A stretch of DNA of 64,000 nt, taken from NCBI GenBank assembly GCA_044347345.1, contig JBIKUX010000005.1, forward strand, positions 32,001 to 96,000. Direction: 5' to 3'. A model generated the notes under the pieces. That model worked only from the letters and a program-made list of their open reading frames with translations, did no database searches and was not told the origin of the DNA. Positions 20,922 to 30,866 of this stretch are shown here, in pieces; positions within the stretch are counted from its first letter, which is position 1; each line of letters begins with the position of its first letter. The stretch is from Bdellovibrionota bacterium (GTDB taxonomy: Bacteria > Bdellovibrionota_C > UBA2361 > JBIKUX01). The translations under genes and the position numbers were made by a program.

Positions 20922-22856
20922 TTAATCGCGCGTAGCGTCTTGGCGCTTGATAAAGCCCGGACGGCCATTCTTTGAGGCAAGCTTTAGCCACTCCCCGTTA
21001 AGTCTCTCTACTCTCACTTTATCCCCGCGCCTCAAAATAGCCACAGGTGCTCCAAACGGTGAGGGCTTAGACATAACTTCAGTCGAGGTGAGGATGCGAT
21101 AAAATCCAGCAGTAGTACCGGTTTTTATCTCTGCTCTGTCAACAGTATCACTGTCACTGGTGTCATTAGACTCATTTCTAGCTAAAGGAAGGCGAATTTC
21201 CGGCGATTGATGCTCTGAACGAGCCACTAACCGAGAAGTATTCTCTCGCCGGTTTATATAAGCGGTTGGAAAACTGCGAGGAGTTACTTTTTTAGTAGCT
21301 TTAAGCCCATCCGGTTCAATTGGTCCGTCAGTTCTAACCTTTTCCTTAATTTTACTTGCCTGCTGAGACTGCTGTAATGGGGTGCTGGTGCTCACCGTAG
21401 CTTCTGGAGGAGCAGAACCAGTCGGTATCGCTTGAGCAACCAATGTTGAATTTACAGGGGCAAGATTAGAGTTACTTACAGTATTTTCTCCGCTGGTGTC
21501 AGAACTGCTTACAGGATTAACCTCAGAGTCGTTTGATGCTAAATTTTCTTGAGGTTTATTCCTATCCTCAGCTACCTCGTAGTAGACCAAATCAAGTGCC
21601 GTATCAAATGAGGCTCTCTTTACGTTAGGAAGAGCTAATTTAGGATTATCTGGCACAAAAACAGTTGCGATAGAAGGAGAAGCCTCAGTTGTGACCGTAA
21701 GCCTCTGCAACCACCACCAAATTCCAATAAAACCGAGAAGCGTTGGTATAGCAAAAAATAGAAGCTTGCCTAATCCTCCTCCCTCAACGCTTCGTCCTCC
21801 TACGCCCCTTTCCGTCACTTCACTTCTTCTAGTTGAGCCGTATTGAATAGCTGGTGTCAATGGACGCCAACTGGCAGCAAGTCTCGCTTGTGTATCATCT
21901 TCATGTGCATCCTCAACAGTCGGAGGTAAAATATTTGTGCTTGGCTCTGCAACCAGTTGAGCTGCGACCGGTTGAGCTGCGACCGGTTGAAACTGGACAT
22001 CATCGCCAATAATTTTGAGTTTTTGAAGTACATCAAACAAATAACTTGGTATTTCATTTTGTGACACAAAACCGCTCAATTTTGCGCTAAGAGCAACAAG
22101 ATTAGAGGGATTTGGCTCTGGTGCTCTGCTTTGATCTTTGGTTAAAAGATCGGCAACCTCCTTGAGAGAGGCAATAACAATTCGTAATACTAGTTCTTCT
22201 CGAGGAGTAGGACTTATCTCCCCTTTTTTAAGGTAAAAATCCTCCGAAGAGAGAGTTTCAGTATCGGGAGCTATAGATGGATCTAAAAGAGCGTTATTAT
22301 GAAGATGGTCTGTTTCAAAATTATCACATAAGGATTTTATTAAATCCTCAGATAGTGACTCCAGTGGCCCTGCTAAGATTGAAATTGGGACACCATTGGT
22401 TAGAAGCTGCGCCCTAATCCACCAACAGCGAGCCTCTTGATTCAGACTAAGAATCTTAAGTCCGGTATTACCGTCAGGTAGCTCTTCACTTAAAGTTACA
22501 CTCTGAGCTTCAATTTGACTTGAAGTTTGTGCGTCATCTTTTAATTCTGGTAAGCTGGTGGGTCTTGGCTCCGGGGCACTACTAAGACTACTTGGCACTT
22601 CTTTAATTGCCATCTCACACCAAGTGATTAGGGAAGACCAATCCTTTCTTATGGCAAATTCAGCTGGTGAGCCAAGGATAATATTGCTAAGTGTATTATT
22701 ATTAAATGCCTTAGCTGGATTTGATTCGTTAGCTTGGGGATGGTTATCAATATCAGAACCATTTGGGATAGAACCAACCCTAATAAGTTCCTCCAAACCT
22801 AAGTCAACCCTACCTCTGTCCTCGTCCCTACCTCTGTCCTCATCGCCATCTATCAT
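20922..22856 (-). CDS. Single-pass membrane protein with C-terminal SH3b-like domain
   Basis: Central TM (LLFFAIPTLLGFIGIWWWL); C-terminal LRRGDKVRV..NGEWLKL...GRPGFI; start uncertain. Confidence 0.7.
   Translation of the reverse strand: MIDGDEDRGRDEDRGRVDLGLEELIRVGSIPNGSDIDNHPQANESNPAKAFNNNTLSNIILGSPAEFAIRKDWSSLITWCEMAIKEVPSSLSSAPEPRPTSLPELKDDAQTSSQIEAQSVTLSEELPDGNTGLKILSLNQEARCWWIRAQLLTNGVPISILAGPLESLSEDLIKSLCDNFETDHLHNNALLDPSIAPDTETLSSEDFYLKKGEISPTPREELVLRIVIASLKEVADLLTKDQSRAPEPNPSNLVALSAKLSGFVSQNEIPSYLFDVLQKLKIIGDDVQFQPVAAQPVAAQLVAEPSTNILPPTVEDAHEDDTQARLAASWRPLTPAIQYGSTRRSEVTERGVGGRSVEGGGLGKLLFFAIPTLLGFIGIWWWLQRLTVTTEASPSIATVFVPDNPKLALPNVKRASFDTALDLVYYEVAEDRNKPQENLASNDSEVNPVSSSDTSGENTVSNSNLAPVNSTLVAQAIPTGSAPPEATVSTSTPLQQSQQASKIKEKVRTDGPIEPDGLKATKKVTPRSFPTAYINRRENTSRLVARSEHQSPEIRLPLARNESNDTSDSDTVDRAEIKTGTTAGFYRILTSTEVMSKPSPFGAPVAILRRGDKVRVERLNGEWLKLASKNGRPGFIKRQDATRD
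21947..21991. repeat. In-frame 15-bp tandem repeat x3 (QPVAA)
   Basis: CTGCAACCAGTTGAG / CTGCGACCGGTTGAG / CTGCGACCGGTTGAA. Confidence 0.92.
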
Positions 22857-22898
22857 GACTCCATTACCTCTTCAGTCTTTATTACCTCTACAGTCTTT
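22808..22898. repeat. Two separate 18-bp tandem duplications either side of the start codon
   Basis: CCCTACCTCTGTCCTC(G/A)T x2 (22808-22843); ATTACCTCT(T/A)CAGTCTTT x2 (22863-22898). Confidence 0.9.
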
Positions 22899-23103
22899 TC
22901 CTCAATCCCTCTGGTAAGTTTTTTTCACAGACTCCCCTTATTTTTTATTTTTATTCTTAAGAGGCGAGTGCTTTCTATAAAAATGGAGGCAATCCCAACA
23001 AATTCAAAACGCTTTAAAGAGATTTTTTACCTTTTGATGTCACCCCAGTTCATCAGCTATACTTTTTTATTTCAAGCAGAATTCATAATAAGTTTATAAT
23101 ATT

Positions 23104-23610
23104 GTGCTTAATAAATATTTTTTCATTTTAATCATCTGCGCTTTAATCATCTGCGCTACATTCCCAAGCTGTACAACGACTGAGGTCATAAGCAGATTGC
23201 CAAACACCAAATCAGATAAATTCGGTACCAATAAGTGGCTCACTGCTTATTCATCAAATAAATTTTCTCGGTCTGTTGGGTTTCAATACCTTTTTGGAAT
23301 AATACCGTTTGGCAAAGTGAATCTCAAAGACCCTTTAGAAGATATTACAATATCAGTACAAGGATTGGGAGCGTTGCCGGACCCATTAAACACCGAGATA
23401 ACACTAAATGCTTTTGATCTATTTTTTACCCGCTCTCTAAGTTGCAAAATTTCAACCGTTCTAATTTGGAAAAATATTCCAAGGCTCGTGCAAGTAAACA
23501 CCTCTCACCAAGAATGGAGTGCCTTTGGATTTTCTCTTGACCTAAGTCGCGCTTGGACCAGATGCTTATGGAATTTGCAAAAAAAAGCTGCTCAAGCCAT
23601 CAAAAGGTGA
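23104..23610 (+). CDS. Hypothetical putative lipoprotein
   Basis: Hydrophobic N-terminus with FPSC lipobox-like motif; contains a perfect 15-bp duplication at 23127-23156. Confidence 0.6.
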   Translation: MLNKYFFILIICALIICATFPSCTTTEVISRLPNTKSDKFGTNKWLTAYSSNKFSRSVGFQYLFGIIPFGKVNLKDPLEDITISVQGLGALPDPLNTEITLNAFDLFFTRSLSCKISTVLIWKNIPRLVQVNTSHQEWSAFGFSLDLSRAWTRCLWNLQKKAAQAIKR

Positions 23611-23767
23611 ATTTTTCGCTTTGGCTGCCCTAACGAAATACGACCTCTGATTTCGTAGAATTGCACTCTCTTAGAATTGCGCTTTCTAGGGAGCTTCTTA
23701 TATCATTGCAAAAGAAACACCAGCTTTTACATTTGGTTTTCTAACTTTCATTTTTGGGGAATTTCTA

Positions 23768-25795
23768 GTGTCACCATCTTTTAAACTTAATCTTCACATT
23801 TGCCACAAATTAAGGCTTGCCCGGCTTTCTCTCGTGACTACATTCTTCCTCTCGCTAACCATGTCAGTTTTAGCGATTGGAATTTTTAGCTCATGTAAAA
23901 AAGCAGATAAAAGCTCCTCAAAAGATGCCTCAGTTAGTGATCTTAGCTCAAAAAATACATCTACCAATAATGATATAGTCGAAATGTCGGCTTCTAATTT
24001 ACCGGTGGGCGCGATAGCTATTTTAATTACTGATTATACCTCACTTGGTAGCCAAAAATTCTTAAGCAGTCCAAACTACGCCTCGCAAACTAAAGCTTTA
24101 TCACTAGCTCTAGCTGCAGAATCCTCTTCAAAAAAAGCTGAAGAGAGTGACAAGGGTAACGAATCTGATAAATCCAAAAACTCCGCTCTCTCGGACGCTA
24201 TTTTAAAAACTGGTATTTTAGAGTCCCCTTTTGTGATCGGTCGATCTGATAAGTTTCCAACGATTAAACGTAAAGTCTGGTATGCAATAGCCAAGGAAAA
24301 AGGTTCAAAAGATTCATCAACTACTCCTAACTCCGCTGCATCAAATCTTCCAGAAAAGGATAAGTATCCGGATATCGGAGTGGTAGTATATGGTTTAAGC
24401 GAAGACAAAAATAATGGTATAAATTTTATCCAAAATCTTATTACCCAATTCAAAGCACGAGAATTGGCAGACAACGGCGTTACGGTAACATCACTTTCAG
24501 ATGGTTTACCAGATAAGGTAGTTGGAGCTACAATAAGTCTACCTGCAGAAATACTACTTAAAAACTTACCAACAACTACTGAATGGCAATCACAAGATTC
24601 AGAATCTGAGCAAAGTAGTGCTAAAAAATCGGAAAAAACCAAGGAGTCCAAAGAAAAGTATATACCAATCACTTTTCTCAGTAACGGAAGTGTACTTGTA
24701 GCTGGTACGTCTCTTAAAGCCTCTCTCCTTCCCTTTTCGTCAAAAACTGTAGTTACAGATGGTAGCAACTTTCCCCTAATAGCCAACAATCAGGCCTATA
24801 CTGACCTTAAATCGTTGGAAGACGCTCAAACTAGCTCGACTTATGGTGTGGTATTGATTGAGCCTCTAATCTCGTCAGCGACTCAATTTAAAACTACAAC
24901 GGACTCTAAAAATACAAAATTTTCGGTTGCGACTTCTCCAGCTGATACAACCCAAGCTCTTTCTCATCTTACTTTTGTCAGAAGTTACGCCGATAGCTTA
25001 ACTGACCAAGTTGAGCTTAAATTTAGCAAATCTCAACCTTTACTTGCCATAGATACACAAGACCGACCGAGCGAGAAGCTCCTAGAAGGTGGTATTATTG
25101 GTGTAAGTTTTGGCAAAACTATAGTCAGCAAGATAGCACCGCTTCTAAGTATAGCCGTACTTACAGGTCAGATTCCGCTCAATAATGAATTAGTAGCTTT
25201 AGCTAAAGAGTTAGAATCTTTAACGCTTTCACTTCACACTGCAAAACAAGATCAGGCAGGATTAATCCCGTCCGTCATAATCTCAGCCAATGTGGCTAAG
25301 CCCGCAGAAGCTCATAAGCTTTTAGAGAAGGGAATAGTCGCATCTTTGAAGCAAGGCGGTTTACCTCTAGCTGCTTCACCCTTTGAAGATATTAAAGTTG
25401 GCGACATCTCAGCGCGGTCGCTACAGACCCCTTTTGGACTTACCGTTTTATCAGCCAATAATGACAAAGCTATCGTGTTAAGCACTTCCGCTGAGAGCTT
25501 AGCATTAGGCTTTTCTAACCAACGCGATACTTCACAGACTAAATCGGAGAAAGAATCTTTACCTGCTCATTTAGCTTATAAAATTAACTTCCCAGAGCTT
25601 TTATCTACCTTAGAGTCGCTTCAGGGAGGGCTATCCATGCTAACGGGCGGAGAGGAAGAAGGGATTTTTTCCAAAGACCGTCTAAATCAACTTAAATCAT
25701 TAAAAAGTATCGGTTCTCTTGAGGGATTCATATCAAGCAGCGATTCAAGTATTCGTGTTACGCAATTATATTCTACATCAACAACTACACCTTAA
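23768..25795 (+). CDS. Hypothetical putative lipoprotein
   Basis: 675-aa ORF, IFSSC lipobox-like motif, Ser/Lys-rich insertions. Confidence 0.75.
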   Translation: MSPSFKLNLHICHKLRLARLSLVTTFFLSLTMSVLAIGIFSSCKKADKSSSKDASVSDLSSKNTSTNNDIVEMSASNLPVGAIAILITDYTSLGSQKFLSSPNYASQTKALSLALAAESSSKKAEESDKGNESDKSKNSALSDAILKTGILESPFVIGRSDKFPTIKRKVWYAIAKEKGSKDSSTTPNSAASNLPEKDKYPDIGVVVYGLSEDKNNGINFIQNLITQFKARELADNGVTVTSLSDGLPDKVVGATISLPAEILLKNLPTTTEWQSQDSESEQSSAKKSEKTKESKEKYIPITFLSNGSVLVAGTSLKASLLPFSSKTVVTDGSNFPLIANNQAYTDLKSLEDAQTSSTYGVVLIEPLISSATQFKTTTDSKNTKFSVATSPADTTQALSHLTFVRSYADSLTDQVELKFSKSQPLLAIDTQDRPSEKLLEGGIIGVSFGKTIVSKIAPLLSIAVLTGQIPLNNELVALAKELESLTLSLHTAKQDQAGLIPSVIISANVAKPAEAHKLLEKGIVASLKQGGLPLAASPFEDIKVGDISARSLQTPFGLTVLSANNDKAIVLSTSAESLALGFSNQRDTSQTKSEKESLPAHLAYKINFPELLSTLESLQGGLSMLTGGEEEGIFSKDRLNQLKSLKSIGSLEGFISSSDSSIRVTQLYSTSTTTP

Positions 25796-25909
25796 CTGGT
25801 GGCTATGGTTACGGTAGTTAGGTTTGTGGCTAACTCACTGACATAACTCAGTGACGATGAAACGAATCTGAGATACAGCTCAGTACATCCTTACAGGTAC
25901 CTCGTAATT

Positions 25910-26158
25910 TTGCTCACTACAATTTTAAAATTGATTGCGGAGGAGAAGGTGGAAACTGTGCAAAAACTACAAGAGCTATCTAATAGAATAGAGCATCTGC
26001 AATCTTTAGCTGATTGGGTAACTCGAGAAACAACTCATAGCGATAATGCAGTATCACAAACAGCTACCCTAATCACGGTTTTAGCTGAGGATATAAGAGA
26101 GAGAGTATATGAAGTAGTACGCGAATGTGAGGAATATACGGCTCTTCACGTTCAGTAG
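25910..26158 (+). CDS. Small helical hypothetical protein (true start probably GTG 25949 or 25958)
   Basis: GGAGGAG at 25939-25945 before in-frame GTGs; amphipathic helical sequence. Confidence 0.6.
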   Translation: MLTTILKLIAEEKVETVQKLQELSNRIEHLQSLADWVTRETTHSDNAVSQTATLITVLAEDIRERVYEVVRECEEYTALHVQ

Positions 26159-26166
26159 TAAGCCAG

Positions 26167-26949
26167 TTACATGATGGAACGTAGAATTTGAAGCCCTGAG
26201 TCGCCGCCTATCCATCCTACTAGAGGCTCAGCGGCTCGCTCCGGGTGTGGCATCAATCCGACTACATTTCTTTGAACATTACAAATACCAGCAATACTTT
26301 CAGTTGAACCATTTGGATTACTAGTTCGACTATTTTCACAAACTTCGCCGTCACTACCAACGTATCTAAAAACTATCTGACTATTTAATTTGAGACTGGC
26401 TAGAGTGTCTGGCGGAGCAAAGTAGTTGCCTTGAAAGTGTGCTACCGGACATTTAATTACTGTGCCTTCACGAACAATTCGGGTAAACGGGGTAGATGAC
26501 TGCTCAATTCTTATATTTACAAACCGACTGATGAACCGAGTCGTGACATTTTCCAAAAGCGCTCCGGGCAAGAGCCCTGCTTCGCACAAAATTTGAAATC
26601 CATTACATATACCCAAAACAGGGCCACCACCTTCAGCAAATTCTTTTACTCGCTGCATAACCGGCGACATTCTAGCTATAGCTCCTGATCTCAGATAATC
26701 CCCGTAAGAGAACCCGCCGGGAATCACTATTACATTTGAGTCTTTAAGTGAAGTATCTTGATGCCATAGTGAAATCACTTCACATCCAAGAATATCGCGA
26801 TAAACGTGTATTACATCTCGGTCACAATTAGTACCCGGAAAAACCAATACACCTACCCTTAAAGGGAAATTGGGTTTAGTGTAATCGGTAGAGAGTGTAT
26901 TAGAAGTGCTGGAACAAGAGTCTGTCATAAAAATAAGTCCTAACAGCAA
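26167..26949 (-). CDS. purQ: FGAM synthase glutaminase subunit
   Basis: FPGTNCD, GGFSYGDYLR, GICNGFQ, MPHPER. Confidence 0.97.
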   Translation of the reverse strand: MLLGLIFMTDSCSSTSNTLSTDYTKPNFPLRVGVLVFPGTNCDRDVIHVYRDILGCEVISLWHQDTSLKDSNVIVIPGGFSYGDYLRSGAIARMSPVMQRVKEFAEGGGPVLGICNGFQILCEAGLLPGALLENVTTRFISRFVNIRIEQSSTPFTRIVREGTVIKCPVAHFQGNYFAPPDTLASLKLNSQIVFRYVGSDGEVCENSRTSNPNGSTESIAGICNVQRNVVGLMPHPERAAEPLVGWIGGDSGLQILRSIM

Positions 26950-26950
26950 T

Positions 26951-27202
26951 CTAAACTTTTTTTATCTCATAAGTTTCAATTACTGGATTGCTAAGAAGCG
27001 ATTCACATAATACCCCAGCCTTATCTAAAGCATCCTGCTCACTATCAGCTGTCACCGTAAGTTCTATTAGTTTACCAACTCGAATATCGCTTCCTAAAGG
27101 TAAATAAGGCGAGTCTCGAAGGCTTTGTTCAATGGTCTTACCTTGAACATCTAAAACTCCTTCACGGAGCCGCACCAATACTTGTAAACGAAACTCTACC
27201 AT
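26951..27202 (-). CDS. purS: FGAM synthase subunit PurS
   Basis: VLDVQGKTI, RVGKLIEL, LLSNPVIETY. Confidence 0.95.
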   Translation of the reverse strand: MVEFRLQVLVRLREGVLDVQGKTIEQSLRDSPYLPLGSDIRVGKLIELTVTADSEQDALDKAGVLCESLLSNPVIETYEIKKV

Positions 27203-27255
27203 ATACTCTTTGTTGAATATTTAGTTATTAGCCAATTTGAAAGTTATACAATCTC

Positions 27256-28578
27256 TTATTGAGGTTCAAATGTTCGCGCAAAAATCTCCTCAACGTGTAG
27301 AAAATGTCGTTCTAATGAAAATACTTTACGCAACTCTTCTGGTGTGAGCAAAGAAGATATTGTAGCATCTTTCTCAATTAACTCTTGAAAACTCGCTACA
27401 TTACCGGCATCCTGAACCGAACCGGCATCCCGAGCAGTCAGAGCGTATTTTTGCACTAAAGCATATGCGTCTTCTCTTGACATACCTTTATCAGCGAGAC
27501 TTATCAACAGAGACCCTGAAAATATGAGCCCCCCTGTAAGATCGATGTTAGACCTCATCTTGTCATCATGAACAACTAGAGTCTCAATCAAATAAGCTAC
27601 TCTGGCAAGCGCAAAATCAAGAAGCACGCATGCATCAGGAGCAATTATGCGTTCAACAGAGCTATGACTGATATCCCGCTCATGCCATAGAGCGACATTT
27701 TCAAGAGCACTGACAGCATAGCCCCTTATTAGTCGAGCAAGCCCTGAGACGTTCTCTGAAAGTATCGGATTTTTCTTGTGTGGCATGGCAGAAGAGCCTT
27801 TCTGTGCTTTACCAAAGCCCTCCTCTACCTCAGCTACTTCAGTTCGCTGCAAATGGCGAATCTCTGTTACCATGCGCTCCAAAGAGCTAGCTATCAAAGC
27901 AAGTGACGTAAAATAAGCCGCATGACGGTCTCTATGAACAATCTGAGATGGAACAAGCTCTGGCGTTAGACCAAACTGTCTTAAGACTTTTGCTTCAACG
28001 CTTGGTGACACTGATTGATAAGTGCCAACTGCCCCAGCAATTTTCCCCGTAGCTACTTCTTGAGTGGCTTGATTAAAGTGATGTCTTCTCCGAAGTAATT
28101 CTGCATAAAACGACGCTAACTTAAGACCAAAGGTAGTAGGCTCAGCGTGGATTCCATGACTCCTTCCAATCGTCGGTAAATACTTGTATTCAATGGCTCG
28201 GCGATGCAATACGGATAAGAGCTTTTCAAGCCCTTTATCAAGGAGTGTAGATGCTCGCGTAAGTTGAATTGCAAAAGAAGTATCTAGAAGATCGCTTGAG
28301 GTCATTCCTCGATGAAGAAATCTTGCTGGCTGACCAGCCTGCTCAGCTATAGCGGTAAGAAAGGCGATAACATCGTGCTTAACCTCGGCCTCAATCTCAA
28401 CAATGCGCTCAATATCAATTTTAGCTTTGCCTCTAATCTGAGAAGCTGCCCCCTGTGGAGCAACTCCCTCTTCTTCCATGGCCTGAAGCGCCGCAAGCTC
28501 CACATCAAGCCAAATCTGATACTTGGTTTCTTCTGACCAAATAGCCACCATTTCAGGGCGAGAATACCGCTTAATCAT
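27256..28578 (-). CDS. purB: Adenylosuccinate lyase
   Basis: MIKRYSRPEM, GRSHGIHAEPTTFG, GSSAMPHKKNP. Confidence 0.97.
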   Translation of the reverse strand: MIKRYSRPEMVAIWSEETKYQIWLDVELAALQAMEEEGVAPQGAASQIRGKAKIDIERIVEIEAEVKHDVIAFLTAIAEQAGQPARFLHRGMTSSDLLDTSFAIQLTRASTLLDKGLEKLLSVLHRRAIEYKYLPTIGRSHGIHAEPTTFGLKLASFYAELLRRRHHFNQATQEVATGKIAGAVGTYQSVSPSVEAKVLRQFGLTPELVPSQIVHRDRHAAYFTSLALIASSLERMVTEIRHLQRTEVAEVEEGFGKAQKGSSAMPHKKNPILSENVSGLARLIRGYAVSALENVALWHERDISHSSVERIIAPDACVLLDFALARVAYLIETLVVHDDKMRSNIDLTGGLIFSGSLLISLADKGMSREDAYALVQKYALTARDAGSVQDAGNVASFQELIEKDATISSLLTPEELRKVFSLERHFLHVEEIFARTFEPQ

Positions 28579-28770
28579 TGATTCGTAGACCTACAGTTTT
28601 GTAACAACTTCCAGAAAAATCCTAGAGCCACCAAAAAAACTCTAAGCCTCGCTGGAAAGTAACACATTCATTAGAGGGTAACACTGTTTTTTGAAATTAA
28701 ACCCGTCTTTTGAAATATAAACTATGGCCGTACAAAAAACCAATCCCTGAGCATATAATCTTAGAGTTTT

Positions 28771-28971
28771 TCAGGATCTACTATCTAATAAAAAGTAGAG
28801 CAAAAATATCTCACTAATCATAACTGTAATTCCAGTCATTGATAGAAAAAACGCATCCCCATACACCGAAACGTTTAGAATTGAGTAAAGAGCTCCAAAA
28901 GCAAGAACTGCTTCAGCTAATCGCGCTCTGATACCAACAAAAAATACCTTAAATTTACTTTCTGTTTTCAC
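28771..28971 (-). CDS. Small 2-TM hypothetical membrane protein
   Basis: 66 aa, two hydrophobic segments, purine-rich AAGGGGG upstream. Confidence 0.45.
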   Translation of the reverse strand: MKTESKFKVFFVGIRARLAEAVLAFGALYSILNVSVYGDAFFLSMTGITVMISEIFLLYFLLDSRS

Positions 28972-29124
28972 GTCACTAACTAAGCCCCCTTTTTTCGCTT
29001 AGAGGTTATCATGAACCGCTAATAGCTCATGCTTAGCACAACCTGCTAAACAACCGTTAAACAAAAATAAAAGAGGCTATATTTAACTTAAAATGAAACA
29101 ATTATTAGAATATTTAGGTATTAT

Positions 29125-29331
29125 TTATTGGGGAATATTATTTTTAGTCATCCATTCTTGGAGGTTTGCTTGAGTAAACGTCCAGCCCCGCGGCGGTGGC
29201 GTGCCCGCACGGTTTCTATAAGAACTATAGGCATCATAAAGCGCTCTAGCGTCATTTTGAGTGATACTCAACGCGGCATTTGCACTATGACTAAGATCAT
29301 CCATCCCCGTCGGCCAATTAAGGGAAAACAT
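29125..29331 (-). CDS. Small hypothetical protein or gene fragment
   Basis: 68-aa ORF, protein-like composition, locally GC-richer than its flanks. Confidence 0.35.
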   Translation of the reverse strand: MFSLNWPTGMDDLSHSANAALSITQNDARALYDAYSSYRNRAGTPPPRGWTFTQANLQEWMTKNNIPQ

Positions 29332-29431
29332 AGTTCTTATGAAATTGTAGTGCTCCAGTAATTTAGTTACTAGCTCAGTAACTAGTCGCGGTTAATTAAA
29401 GTTTAATTCCAAAAAAACTAGATAATTTATT

Positions 29432-30841
29432 TTAATAAGCGTTTTTTCCTTTAAGGCCTTGGAATAATGTTAAAAATAAAATTTTTATATCTAATAACAG
29501 TGACCAATTCTGAATATAAAATAAGTCACATTCTATTCTTTGGTCGATAGAAGTGTCCCCTCTCCAGCCATTTACTTGTGCCCAGCCAGTAATGCCAGCT
29601 GGGACTTTGTGTCTTAACATATACTTAGGTATTCGCTTTCGAAATTCTCTAATAAATACCGGCCTTTCAGGACGAGGACCTACAAAAGACATGTCACCCT
29701 GCAAAACATTTATAATTTGTGGAATTTCATCGAGGCTGTAGCGCCTTAAAAATCTGCCAAGAGGCATAATCCGGTTATCTCCCTCTTTTGTCCATCCTGG
29801 TCCATTTATCTCCGCATCAAGCGCCATGGTACGAAATTTTAGGATTGAAAAAGGGGTACCATCAAGACTCACTCTTTCTTGAGCGTAAAATATTGGGCCT
29901 TTAGAAGTCAGCTTTATGAGAAGAGCAATAAAACTACATATGGGGATACTAACCAGACCAACAATCAATGCTAGAGTAATATCAAAGATTCTTTTAATTA
30001 CTCTCCCCTTTCCATCTAAGGGCGTAGTCTGGACATTTAAAACAGGGATTCCCTCAAATTCCTCTATTGCACCTGCAAGAGAAATAAACTGATAGTGATC
30101 AGGTACTATCTTTACCTCAGCCATCGTTTGTCTGGTGCTCTCCATAACAGCCGGCAGATAGCTATGATCCTCTAATGGAAGTGCCACGATAACTTGGTCA
30201 ACCTGGATTGAGGAAAGATACCTCATCAAGTCACCGTCACCGTAACCGCCAATAATTGGGATACCGCACGGACCGTCTGCTAAAGTTGCTTGCCGTGCAA
30301 AACATCCAACTATTTGTAGACCAAGCTCTGTATGATTCTGACATCTAACGATTATATCCTGCGCAGCTCTACCGGTGCCAATAACCACGACGTAGCGTAA
30401 ATTATAACCTTTTCTCCTTATTTCGCGCAGTACAGCTCTAAATAAAGACCTCTCAACGATGGTAAATATGGTGGCTAATACCCAAAAATAGGCAAATACC
30501 AGACGAGAAAATGGCACTGTTTTTTCACGAAAAAGGTAAACTACCGCTAAAAAAAGGAGGATTGCTAAGCTATTTCCTTGTAAAAGAAGCCACCTTTCTT
30601 TTCCGCGCCTAGCTCCCCTCATAGGTTGATAAAGCCCGAGACGTCCAAAAACTATAGGCCAAATAAATAATATAAAAACGGTAAGTGAAAGATAGTTAGC
30701 AATTGGCGGGACGCCTTTCTCAACTGGAAATATCTCTAAATCAAACCTTAACCAGTAAGCACAAATCCAAGCGATTGAAACCACCAATAAATCGGCCAAA
30801 CCGAGGAGTACTTCAAAAAATTGTCTTTGCTCTCGAAGCAT
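29432..30841 (-). CDS. Undecaprenyl-phosphate sugar phosphotransferase (WcaJ-like)
   Basis: Four N-terminal TMs, KRIFD, KFRTM, SLDEIPQ, VGPRPER, GITGWAQVNG. Confidence 0.95.
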   Translation of the reverse strand: MLREQRQFFEVLLGLADLLVVSIAWICAYWLRFDLEIFPVEKGVPPIANYLSLTVFILFIWPIVFGRLGLYQPMRGARRGKERWLLLQGNSLAILLFLAVVYLFREKTVPFSRLVFAYFWVLATIFTIVERSLFRAVLREIRRKGYNLRYVVVIGTGRAAQDIIVRCQNHTELGLQIVGCFARQATLADGPCGIPIIGGYGDGDLMRYLSSIQVDQVIVALPLEDHSYLPAVMESTRQTMAEVKIVPDHYQFISLAGAIEEFEGIPVLNVQTTPLDGKGRVIKRIFDITLALIVGLVSIPICSFIALLIKLTSKGPIFYAQERVSLDGTPFSILKFRTMALDAEINGPGWTKEGDNRIMPLGRFLRRYSLDEIPQIINVLQGDMSFVGPRPERPVFIREFRKRIPKYMLRHKVPAGITGWAQVNGWRGDTSIDQRIECDLFYIQNWSLLLDIKILFLTLFQGLKGKNAY

Positions 30842-30866
30842 AGATTTTACTTAATAAGTGAATTTT

